A DNA stretch of 31,370 nucleotides from Thermodesulfobacteriota bacterium (lineage in GTDB: Bacteria > Desulfobacterota > Desulfobacteria > Desulfobacterales > SURF-7), in contig JBMORA010000004.1 in the NCBI GenBank assembly GCA_049320885.1, forward strand, positions 1-31,370, in the 5' to 3' direction. A program made the translations under genes and the position numbers. This document shows, in pieces, positions 1-10,680 of this stretch (position 1 is its first letter; each line of letters starts with the position of its first letter). The notes under the pieces are model-generated. The model was not told the origin of the DNA. It made no database searches and saw only the letters and a list, made by a program, of their open reading frames with translations.

Positions 1-3000
1 TTCATCCCCGCGTGTGCGGGGAACGGGTGTGGAACTCCGACTGATCGACGAACATTTTCGGTTCATCCCCGCGTGTGCGGGGAACGGTTTGGGGGGGCAT
101 ATGAAAATAAAATACAATCGGTTCATCCCCGCGTGTGCGGGGAACGGTGAAGTCGTCATCCATTGAGTTTTCCGTATGGCGGTTCATCCCCGCGTGTGCG
201 GGGAACGGATATCCTATTTATCGCTGGTGGTGTTTTCGCTCGGTTCATCCCCGCGTGTGCGGGGAACGGTTGGTGGTGTTGTGGTTGCGGCTGGAGAGCT
301 TCGGTTCATCCCCGCGTGTGCGGGGAACGGCCCCCGAGAGCCGGGCCGGAGATCGGTCCCGGCGGTTCATCCCCGCGTGTGCGGGGAACGGAAGTGTGTC
401 TTCGAGCGGGTCAACAACCTCAACGGTTCATCCCCGCGTGTGCGGGGAACGGTATCGGAACCGGGACCGAAACCTTGCGGCGGTCGGTTCATCCCCGCGT
501 GTGCGGGGAACGGCGTATGAGGAGGCGCTTGACCTTGCAATGTACCGGTTCATCCCCGCGTGTGCGGGGAACGGATCAAGCCATCCTGCAGCAAGCCAAG
601 GATGAGCGGTTCATCCCCGCGTGTGCGGGGAACGGGCGCAGGGTTTCATACCTCGCCTCCACGTGCGCGGTTCATCCCCGCGTGTGCGGGGAACGGTTCC
701 TCCGCAAAACATCGGTATGGAGTCTGGACGGTTCATCCCCGCGTGTGCGGGGAACGGGATGTAATACGTTTTCATGGTGCCTCCCCTCCTGGTTCATCCC
801 CGCGTGTGCGGGGAACGGTTTCATATGACGATGACAAGTGGGCGACCGTCCGGTTCATCCCCGCGTGTGCGGGGAACGGCATACCTGATACTCGTACTCT
901 TTCATTGTCCCCGGTTCATCCCCGCGTGTGCGGGGAACGGTGTCTCTGCTGATATATAATCCTGAATCCCCTCGGTTCATCCCCGCGTGTGCGGGGAACG
1001 GTTCATTTCATCCACTCCTCTGCCGTGCGAATTCGGTTCATCCCCGCGTGTGCGGGGAACGGAGGGCATCCTGCCCGCGGTTCTCCAACTCGGTCGGTTC
1101 ATCCCCGCGTGTGCGGGGAACGGAGCGGCCATTATTAACGGACTCAAAACAAGAACGGTTCATCCCCGCGTGTGCGGGGAACGGTCAGTTTTACCGGTTT
1201 GGGATACCTGTTGGCACGGTTCATCCCCGCGTGTGCGGGGAACGGTTATTGGTCAGCAGAAATAGGGTGTGAGTCGGCGGTTCATCCCCGCGTGTGCGGG
1301 GAACGGATCCGGATTCTGTTCGGCCATTACCTTTTTCGCGGTTCATCCCCGCGTGTGCGGGGAACGGCAACAGTTCACAGGATGCGTTGGTTGGATTTTC
1401 GGTTCATCCCCGCGTGTGCGGGGAACGGACAATTGATTTTGTAACGGTAGAACATTTCGGCGGTTCATCCCCGCGTGTGCGGGGAACGGTATTACGTTCG
1501 CATTGATGATGCAAAGGCTAACGGTTCATCCCCGCGTGTGCGGGGAACGGCATCATTCGAAAAATCATTGAGCTAATCGAGTCGGTTCATCCCCGCGTGT
1601 GCGGGGAACGGAAGAAGGACGTTAAAAACCACTGTTGCCCGCCCGGTTCATCCCCGCGTGTGCGGGGAACGGCGCGGGCATTTGCTCCGGGTAGGTACGC
1701 CGATCGGTTCATCCCCGCGTGTGCGGGGAACGGGAAGCCTGGAGGGACGAAGGTTTATGGGACCCCGGTTCATCCCCGCGTGTGCGGGGAACGGTAGATA
1801 TTCGGCCGGGCGGCTCTCCAAAATTGCGGTTCATCCCCGCGTGTGCGGGGAACGGACCATAAAGCCGTCTTCCCGGACAAACCGCCGCGGTTCATCCCCG
1901 CGTGTGCGGGGAACGGTTCCGGCAGCGTTGGAAAATGAAACAACGCGGCGGTTCATCCCCGCGTGTGCGGGGAACGGACGAAAGCGGCTGAAATGGGAAA
2001 CTGATTGATCGGTTCATCCCCGCGTGTGCGGGGAACGGCGAAATGGCCCCAACGAATTTCCATGCTCATGCGGTTCATCCCCGCGTGTGCGGGGAACGGC
2101 CACCTGCGCCGCCCGGCCGAAGCTATATGCCCGGTTCATCCCCGCGTGTGCGGGGAACGGACATTTCATCCCGTTCCGCCTTTAAAACCGGCCGGTTCAT
2201 CCCCGCGTGTGCGGGGAACGGTACTGGGGCAACCGTATCAACTGGTTCTGCATCGGTTCATCCCCGCGTGTGCGGGGAACGGATTATCAGGCGGTGTTCG
2301 CGTACATGGATCGGCGGTTCATCCCCGCGTGTGCGGGGAACGGGACTCGACCGGCGCCCGCAAGCGCTCATTGATCGGTTCATCCCCGCGTGTGCGGGGA
2401 ACGGGACCGAGCCGACCGCATACACTGACGGAACGTCGGTTCATCCCCGCGTGTGCGGGGAACGGCTCGTCTGCCGGATGAAACTCCGGATCAGACGCGG
2501 TTCATCCCCGCGTGTGCGGGGAACGGCATTTGTATTTTTATATGTTGTCGGTATAAACCGGTTCATCCCCGCGTGTGCGGGGAACGGGGATCCATCGATA
2601 AAGTTGATAATCGATTCCTCGGTTCATCCCCGCGTGTGCGGGGAACGGTGCACGGCGCCGATTTCACCGGGGCTGTTTGCCGGTTCATCCCCGCGTGTGC
2701 GGGGAACGGCCGGCCCTACCGTAACCCTCTTTGCTCCGGACCGGTTCATCCCCGCGTGTGCGGGGAACGGAGTTCATAACCTGGAACATGAAAAAGAAGT
2801 GACGGTTCATCCCCGCGTGTGCGGGGAACGGAGCGGATCAACTTGGATTTTCTTCGCCCAGGCCGGTTCATCCCCGCGTGTGCGGGGAACGGACCATTCC
2901 CAATGAACTCTGTAGCCTCTCCACCGGTTCATCCCCGCGTGTGCGGGGAACGGTCCGTTGCGCCCCTTCCTTATCGGCTTTTTGCCGGTTCATCCCCGCG

Positions 3001-5027
3001 TGTGCGGGGAACGGAATGCACTTCGATGATGAGCCAGATCATTATGCGGTTCATCCCCGCGTGTGCGGGGAACGGCGCATCCTGATTTTTACGAGGAGTT
3101 GACCGAGCGGTTCATCCCCGCGTGTGCGGGGAACGGTGATATGCTGACATTCTCCAACGAGTCGGTCACGGTTCATCCCCGCGTGTGCGGGGAACGGGCG
3201 TCCCCTTGTCAACAAGTTGGTATTGAATGCGGTTCATCCCCGCGTGTGCGGGGAACGGAATGCATACCGCCCGTCTGGGTCAATATGCATCGGTTCATCC
3301 CCGCGTGTGCGGGGAACGGCGAGACTACTCGTCCATGCTGAATGCCGGGCGCGGTTCATCCCCGCGTGTGCGGGGAACGGGCTTTTTAAAATGCCGAGGA
3401 ATTAATGAAAACCGGTTCATCCCCGCGTGTGCGGGGAACGGGGCTTTGGCCCTGCCCCCGGCGCCCCTGGTGGCGGTTCATCCCCGCGTGTGCGGGGAAC
3501 GGAGTCGCGTTTTCCTGGGATGCGGGTGGATTTCCGGTTCATCCCCGCGTGTGCGGGGAACGGGAGTGATACTCCCCACCCTTGGCAGTGGACACCGGTT
3601 CATCCCCGCGTGTGCGGGGAACGGTCCACATACCCGGTCCGATAGGATGACAGCCGCGGTTCATCCCCGCGTGTGCGGGGAACGGGGAGTTGAGCCGGGG
3701 AAAATTCCTTTACAACAAGGTTCATCCCCGCGTGTGCGGGGAACGGCATTTGGTGGCGGACAGTCCGTAACTTTCCAACGGTTCATCCCCGCGTGTGCGG
3801 GGAACGGCCGTGCCTTTGTCTTTTGCTTCTGTATCCGCACGGTTCATCCCCGCGTGTGCGGGGAACGGCCAACCGCCCGAGCCTTCGCAGCGGTCCCGAT
3901 CGGTTCATCCCCGCGTGTGCGGGGAACGGATACCCTTTACCGGTTAAAAAACGGCATACGACGGTTCATCCCCGCGTGTGCGGGGAACGGGCAAAAAGTT
4001 GCTGCTGGACTCAGACAATACGCGGTTCATCCCCGCGTGTGCGGGGAACGGAATGCAACCACGGCAGGTGCTGCCAGGACTGCCGGTTCATCCCCGCGTG
4101 TGCGGGGAACGGGCGCGGGAAGTGCGAACCGGGGCGTTGAACACCGGTTCATCCCCGCGTGTGCGGGGAACGGATTGTTTCAATACAATAAGGTTGATGG
4201 TGTTGCGGTTCATCCCCGCGTGTGCGGGGAACGGCGAACTGGCGTGGAAGGTACTCGCTACGGGGCCGGTTCATCCCCGCGTGTGCGGGGAACGGATATC
4301 TGCGTATTGCATTAGAACCATCTTACTCGGTTCATCCCCGCGTGTGCGGGGAACGGTCGGTAAAAACCCGCTCGATCAGCATGTTGGCCGGTTCATCCCC
4401 GCGTGTGCGGGGAACGGGCGGGCGGGACAATCCTTAAAATCCCGCGGAGCGGTTCATCCCCGCGTGTGCGGGGAACGGATCCGCAATTTTCGAAATCCAG
4501 CCGGTAATCGCGGTTCATCCCCGCGTGTGCGGGGAACGGACGTCCACGACATACTTTTGAAGGAACATGGCCGGTTCATCCCCGCGTGTGCGGGGAACGG
4601 ATAATACCGGGAAGTTCTTCCCGAAGTCGCGCCGGTTCATCCCCGCGTGTGCGGGGAACGGTATGTTTCGACGGTCGGCGACATTATCGGCGACGGTTCA
4701 TCCCCGCGTGTGCGGGGAACGGGCTCGTTAATAACCTTTATAAGCGGATTAGTACGGTTCATCCCCGCGTGTGCGGGGAACGGGCTTTTGAATCGATTAT
4801 TTCAAGCCCTGCGCGCGGTTCATCCCCGCGTGTGCGGGGAACGGGTAGCTGGATGTTTGGGCCGGGGGTAAACAAGAGGTTCATCCCCGCGTGTGCGGGG
4901 AACGGGAGGCATAGCGCGCGGTAACCGTGAATAATGGCGGTTCATCCCCGCGTGTGCGGGGAACGGGATAGTTCGTCAAGTCTTCGCGCAAAAAATAACG
5001 GTTCATCCCCGCGTGTGCGGGGAACGG
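1..5027 (-). CRISPR. Type I-E CRISPR array: 83 repeats (first one truncated by the window edge) and 82 spacers. The 29-nt repeat is CGGTTCATCCCCGCGTGTGCGGGGAACGG on +, i.e. CCGTTCCCCGCACACGCGGGGATGAACCG in crRNA orientation
   Basis: Repeat recurs with a 61-nt period (starts 59, 119, 180, 241 ... 4938, 4999). Spacers are 32 nt except one of 31 nt. CCCCGC/GCGGGG hairpin and ATGAACCG end are typical of I-E repeats. Orientation comes from the adjacent leader and cas2. Confidence 0.99.
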
Positions 5028-5087
5028 ACTAATTCTATTCAATTGACAATATTGAGTTTTCAAAGAGCAATAAAAAGTACCGAAGAA
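5028..5087 (-). promoter_or_regulatory. CRISPR leader
   Basis: AT-rich 60-nt segment between the cas2 stop and the first repeat (TTCGGTACTTTTTATTGCTCTTTGAAAACTCAATATTGTCAATTGAATAGAATTAGT on -). Resembles proteobacterial I-E leaders; regulatory elements may extend into the cas2 3' end. Confidence 0.85.
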
Positions 5088-6315
<1,228 letters not shown>

Positions 6316-6352
6316 TCACCTTTCGTGTAAAGAACGGATGCTATACAGGCTA

Positions 6353-7192
6353 TTATTTCTTCTTGCCTCGTTTTCCTGACAGACGCTTTCTGATCTCCGG
6401 TTCAAGCAGATAGTTTTCCGGCGTGACAACGCTCTCTCCTGTCTCCGCCTCCAGCTTTTCCCGCGCCTCCCCGGATATTCGTCCGCCCTTTCGCGCCGCC
6501 ACCTTGTTTTCAAAAAATCCCCTGGCATCCTGCTTCCTCACGATTTCGGTGGTGGCCGCTTCACCCAGCATGGAAAAAATCAGTTCAAGGTCGGTCATAT
6601 GATCCCGCAAGTTCTGTCGGTCCAGTCCCTTATATTTTTTATACTCCCCCGGTGTCATTCCGAAGGCGGCCTTGCTGATTTCCGAGGTCAGGATGGCGTA
6701 TTCCGGCTCCCCTTTCACGTCACGTTTCTTCCATTCCTCGGTCAACTCCGCCCTGACGGCGATCCCCCGCATCCGCTTTTCAATCCAGTCCTCGGAATAT
6801 CCCTTGGCCTTGTACAACTCACGGGTACGTTTCGAGGCCAGCTCCGGGTCTTCGATCTCCTGCACCCGCTCATACCCGATCTTGGCCAACCACCGTTTGA
6901 ATGGTTCGGCCTTGGGGGAAGGAATGGATTGGATGATACGAAAAATGCCTTCGGTGTTAGCGCATAACATCCGCTGCTGTCCGCCGGTTGTTTCAATCGA
7001 AAGGGTATGTACAATCTGTACCCACCCTTTACCCAATTCCGGATCACGCTGCTTCATTCGCTGAATATATTGCTTGGGATCTTTCGAATCGATCAAGGCG
7101 AGCACGACATCCTCAACTACAAACCACCATTCATTGTTATGCAATGTCCTCCGAATACTCTTATTCTTGAAAACGACTAATTTGGTTTCCAT
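6353..7192 (-). CDS. Bro-N domain (phage antirepressor-like) DNA-binding protein
   Basis: IRRTLHNNEWWFVVEDVV ... IFRIIQSIPSPKAEPFKRWLA (Bro-N) and C-terminal NLRDHMTDLELIF. RBS GAGGTGA overlaps the cas6e stop. Confidence 0.88.
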   Translation of the reverse strand: METKLVVFKNKSIRRTLHNNEWWFVVEDVVLALIDSKDPKQYIQRMKQRDPELGKGWVQIVHTLSIETTGGQQRMLCANTEGIFRIIQSIPSPKAEPFKRWLAKIGYERVQEIEDPELASKRTRELYKAKGYSEDWIEKRMRGIAVRAELTEEWKKRDVKGEPEYAILTSEISKAAFGMTPGEYKKYKGLDRQNLRDHMTDLELIFSMLGEAATTEIVRKQDARGFFENKVAARKGGRISGEAREKLEAETGESVVTPENYLLEPEIRKRLSGKRGKKK

Positions 7193-7200
7193 ACGTCACC

Positions 7201-8148
7201 TCATATTCGTTTTACAAGCAACAATCCGCAACCAAAGGCCTTGGATCGGCCAATCCCTCTAAATAATGCCTCTCTAAATTGTTCAACATCTGTAACCTCT
7301 AAAGCGCCAAGAAAATCCACAGAACTAAACCCCGACTTTTTTCCTTTGTCAGCTTTTATTGGATGCCACTGGTAAGCGCTGCTCTGGAGTTTACATTGCC
7401 CGCTATAATCCCTATCAAGTGAGAAACCATGCTTTTCGCCCTGCTTTATCACCCATTTTTCAAGTGCATCATCAATATTTGCCTTGATGGACCATTCCAG
7501 CTTGTCCTGCAACGGCATTGATGGCCGCAGGCGATCCGAGTATCGTAAATCGTCTTTTAAAAATGCAGTCAGTCGTTCATCCAATGCAAGGCCGCCATGA
7601 GTTAAAAGCGCTCTCTTATATTCCTTTTTTTCGGGTTCAGGGGGCAAACAAGATTGCAGATCGAGTTCCGCGCATAGTGAAGTCAGAAATTTTTTTTGAG
7701 CATCCATGACAACATCATGACGAACACGCTTTTTTGTCAGTTTATTTTTATCCGCAACCTGGCGAAAACTGCGCTCCTTCAAATAAAGCTCTGGATTATC
7801 TCTATCAACTTTTTTGGACGCTACGGGATTGGCCCGTAATTCAAAATTCAGCCGGTCCCCATTTTGCAGCTTTGGATGATACTCTCTCGCCTCGACCAGG
7901 AAAAAGGGGCTTTCTAAAAAAGGTCTGTTTGAAGAAATAACATAGTAAAGAGGCTCCCCTCGCACACCGGCCTTTGCAGGGAACTGTTCACGGGCAATTT
8001 CCTCCCGGTAAAGAAAGTTTCTCTGTCTTTCGTTTGAGAACAGATCCCATAAGAGGCGGTGCTTATTGTAGGGGCTGTCGGTGAGAATCTTTGCCAGTTG
8101 TGTACTTCTGAAGATTTCCGGTCTTATTCGGATACGGGAGAAATGCAT
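7201..8148 (-). CDS. cas6e: Cas6e (Cse3/CasE) crRNA-processing endoribonuclease, extended (315 aa)
   Basis: HRLLW, FELRANP, RHDVVMDA, SVDF and the terminal GIGRSKAFGCGLL glycine loop. Confidence 0.95.
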   Translation of the reverse strand: MHFSRIRIRPEIFRSTQLAKILTDSPYNKHRLLWDLFSNERQRNFLYREEIAREQFPAKAGVRGEPLYYVISSNRPFLESPFFLVEAREYHPKLQNGDRLNFELRANPVASKKVDRDNPELYLKERSFRQVADKNKLTKKRVRHDVVMDAQKKFLTSLCAELDLQSCLPPEPEKKEYKRALLTHGGLALDERLTAFLKDDLRYSDRLRPSMPLQDKLEWSIKANIDDALEKWVIKQGEKHGFSLDRDYSGQCKLQSSAYQWHPIKADKGKKSGFSSVDFLGALEVTDVEQFREALFRGIGRSKAFGCGLLLVKRI

Positions 8149-8918
8149 TATTCACCTCCCGAACAGTGAAAGTAATGTTCTTGGCGTGTTGAAAACTGCC
8201 ACCGTATTCTGGATAAAGGCTGATCATGCCTCGTTCGGGTTAGCATCCCGCTCAAATCGAGTGTGTCCGAAAAATCGGATACTGTACCTTCCCAATAATA
8301 GTGACGATCATCAGATTGTCGCAGCCAATAAACATCGTGACGGGGCAGCGAATCATCATTAGTCGGCATCATAGGTTTATGGATATAGTTCTTGAATGCC
8401 TCGAAATAATTTTTCTTGTCCTCAATGATCTGGGGATTCATCGGGGCGGCCAGTGGGCAGGATTTACGCCCCAAATAAAGATGAAACAAAGGCTTTTCCA
8501 GATGCTTTTTTATGGTTTTGAGATCATGTGGGGCATTCTGCGATGCTCTAACTGCCACCAGTGCAAGGGCGTCTATGCGATATTCGCGGCTGGATAGAAT
8601 GGTCCCCAAGCGGGCTTTTCCAAGCAATAACTCGTCGCGGCGTGTACGATAATTGAAGTTGCCTATTGAGTCAGGAACTTGAGCTGTATGGAAATCCCGC
8701 AAGAGTGTTCCGTGGGTGTTAACCTCCACAGCTAACGCATAGCCCTGTTGCATCATAAGTTGTTTCTCAGTATCGCAGCGCTTGATACCCAGGGCTGCCG
8801 AGAGCAGACCAACAATCGCCGATTTTCCAGGACAACTCGCGGTGTGGCGGGTTTCGCCTACGGCAATATCGCCCCAACTGGCCAAGGGGCCATAGAGGCG
8901 GAACAATAGATAGTCCAT
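8148..8918 (-). CDS. cas5: Cas5e (CasD)
   Basis: LLFRLYGPLASWG, PGKSAIVGLLSAALG, LRDFHT and LYLGRKSCPL motifs. Confidence 0.96.
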   Translation of the reverse strand: MDYLLFRLYGPLASWGDIAVGETRHTASCPGKSAIVGLLSAALGIKRCDTEKQLMMQQGYALAVEVNTHGTLLRDFHTAQVPDSIGNFNYRTRRDELLLGKARLGTILSSREYRIDALALVAVRASQNAPHDLKTIKKHLEKPLFHLYLGRKSCPLAAPMNPQIIEDKKNYFEAFKNYIHKPMMPTNDDSLPRHDVYWLRQSDDRHYYWEGTVSDFSDTLDLSGMLTRTRHDQPLSRIRWQFSTRQEHYFHCSGGE

Positions 8919-8919
8919 A

Positions 8920-10086
8920 TCAGCCTCCTACTTTGCCGACAAAATCCAGCAATTTCTCAAAAGGAGTTTTCTCCTTATCCGAACGCTTAAGGCCTTCCTT
9001 ACCGTTTTCTTCATTCATGGAAGCGATAACATTTAATTCAAATCGATCATCAGCACACTTGCCATACACACGGTCAAAGCCGTCTCTTTGCTTGATCAGC
9101 GCTGCAATAGACTCATGGATAAAATCATCATGTTCACGATGGTTGATCGGCTTTAAAAATGCCACCGATAATGAACGCGGCTGCTGGTCACCTTTTTCAG
9201 CCAATACATAAGAGGCATAAGCTCGGGAGGCAAAACTATTCTGCTTGCCCTCAGGAGCAACCTTGACCGCCACTTCGGTTAACGCACGGATAGCTTTATT
9301 GGCTAATTCTACATTCCCGCCCAAATTTTGATTCAACAGTTCACGGTTAATGCAGATATAGGAGTAAAATAGGCCCGCAGCGAAACGGGTTTCACCTATG
9401 TGGGCTGCACCCATATCCTCCAATCCATTGTTCAAGTCATCAACCGCCGTAAAGTAATCGTCTTCAATTGCTATCGAATGAACACTGATAGCATGTGCGA
9501 CTTGACAAGCGGCTTCTACATTATAGGCTGGTTTTGATGCGAGCATACGGCCAAAGAGTGCGATATCTACAGCATGCATCTTTTGACGCAAAATCTTTAA
9601 TTCGTTTTCTGCAGGTGTCTCTCTTTTTTGCGCTATAGAATTTGTCAGGGCGTTTATGGCTTTTTCTTCTTCAGTGTCGAAAAATGCCAATTGCTCTATT
9701 TCAAGTTCAACTAATTCTCTTTTTTCAATCTCTACCTCACTTAGATCTTTCAAACCCTCTTTTTCTTTTTTTGAAAGCTCTTTAAGCTTTCCGAAAACTC
9801 CGGCAATGGGTTTAGTCCACTCAATTGCTTTTTTGTGATCTATCCCATTGCTTTTTAGGATGTTGTAGATTTTAAGGCCCATTTCTTTCGTTCGAATTCC
9901 GATATGGGTGGCCATGGCTTTTTCAAAAATGTCGGAAGTCCGCCAAGTTCGTTTCAGGCATTGCGATGAAATGCGCAATCGATCATACCCCCCCAACTTC
10001 ACGGTTTTTGGATTTCCAAGATCATCACGGTTCAGGTTCGCTGGTGGATATGCGGTCAACAAATGTAGCTGAATAAAACGGCTCAT
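8920..10086 (-). CDS. cas7: Cas7 (Cse4/CasC) backbone subunit
   Basis: FIQLHLLTAYPPANLNRDDLG, RISSQCLKR, DIALFGRMLA, DDYFTAVDDL and GKQNSFA. Start at 10086 or 10092. Confidence 0.97.
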   Translation of the reverse strand: MSRFIQLHLLTAYPPANLNRDDLGNPKTVKLGGYDRLRISSQCLKRTWRTSDIFEKAMATHIGIRTKEMGLKIYNILKSNGIDHKKAIEWTKPIAGVFGKLKELSKKEKEGLKDLSEVEIEKRELVELEIEQLAFFDTEEEKAINALTNSIAQKRETPAENELKILRQKMHAVDIALFGRMLASKPAYNVEAACQVAHAISVHSIAIEDDYFTAVDDLNNGLEDMGAAHIGETRFAAGLFYSYICINRELLNQNLGGNVELANKAIRALTEVAVKVAPEGKQNSFASRAYASYVLAEKGDQQPRSLSVAFLKPINHREHDDFIHESIAALIKQRDGFDRVYGKCADDRFELNVIASMNEENGKEGLKRSDKEKTPFEKLLDFVGKVGG

Positions 10087-10098
10087 AATCATTCTCCT

Positions 10099-10680
10099 CT
10101 ATTTGGTTTCTTTGGATAATGCGGTAAAATAATCTGTTGCCCACTGCACTGATAGACGTTTGGTCGGTTCCCGATCAATCTGATTGTTAAATTCCCTATG
10201 CCAATGGATGATGTTACTGGCCAAAGAGCTAATATTGACCTTGCCATTCAGCAAACGAATTGCCTGTAGGACGCGGTGGTAAAACTCATCGGTGGTCCTG
10301 CTTTTCTGTAATTGCTGGAAGCGTAGTTCACTCATTGGAGGGTTTTTACCTTTGACCGGCATCGCAAGCTGTTCTGCAAAGGACGCCATTTTAGGTGGCT
10401 TGTTATCACTTTTTGATTGATAACCTCTGCTCAAGGTCTGCGTGTCCTCTTTTACATGTGACACCAAGCCTGCCACTGCCGCACTGGTGAAAAAGAGCTG
10501 TTCGCCTATCCAGCTTTTCGGCATTCTTTGCAGGAAGTGAAAGAAAGCATCAGTCAATAAAATGTCTTCCGGTCTTTCGCCTCGTCGCAGTCGTGCACGG
10601 TCTCCACGATTGTCGTTCAGCCATTGGTGCCATCGTTGCAAGGCTTTTTGCTCTTCCAAATTTAGAAAGTCGTACTTCAC
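10099..10680 (-). CDS. cas11: Cas11 (Cse2/CasB) small subunit
   Basis: RGDRARLRR, MSELRFQQL and WATDYF motifs; lies between cas8e and cas7; GTG start with GGAGG RBS. Confidence 0.92.
   Translation of the reverse strand: MKYDFLNLEEQKALQRWHQWLNDNRGDRARLRRGERPEDILLTDAFFHFLQRMPKSWIGEQLFFTSAAVAGLVSHVKEDTQTLSRGYQSKSDNKPPKMASFAEQLAMPVKGKNPPMSELRFQQLQKSRTTDEFYHRVLQAIRLLNGKVNISSLASNIIHWHREFNNQIDREPTKRLSVQWATDYFTALSKETK

Noticed and set aside
27..4998. Self-targeting spacers within this window
   Set aside because: None spotted by eye. This was not exhaustive and needs an alignment to exclude.
2..5063. Many ORFs with repeating RFIPACAGNG / VHPRVCGER / GSSPRVRGT peptides
   Set aside because: These are translations of the CRISPR repeat in different frames, not genes.
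6316..6528. 70-aa ORF ending directly at the cas1 start
   Set aside because: Alternate frame overlapping the Bro-N gene; resemblance of its tail to a cas6 remnant is too weak.
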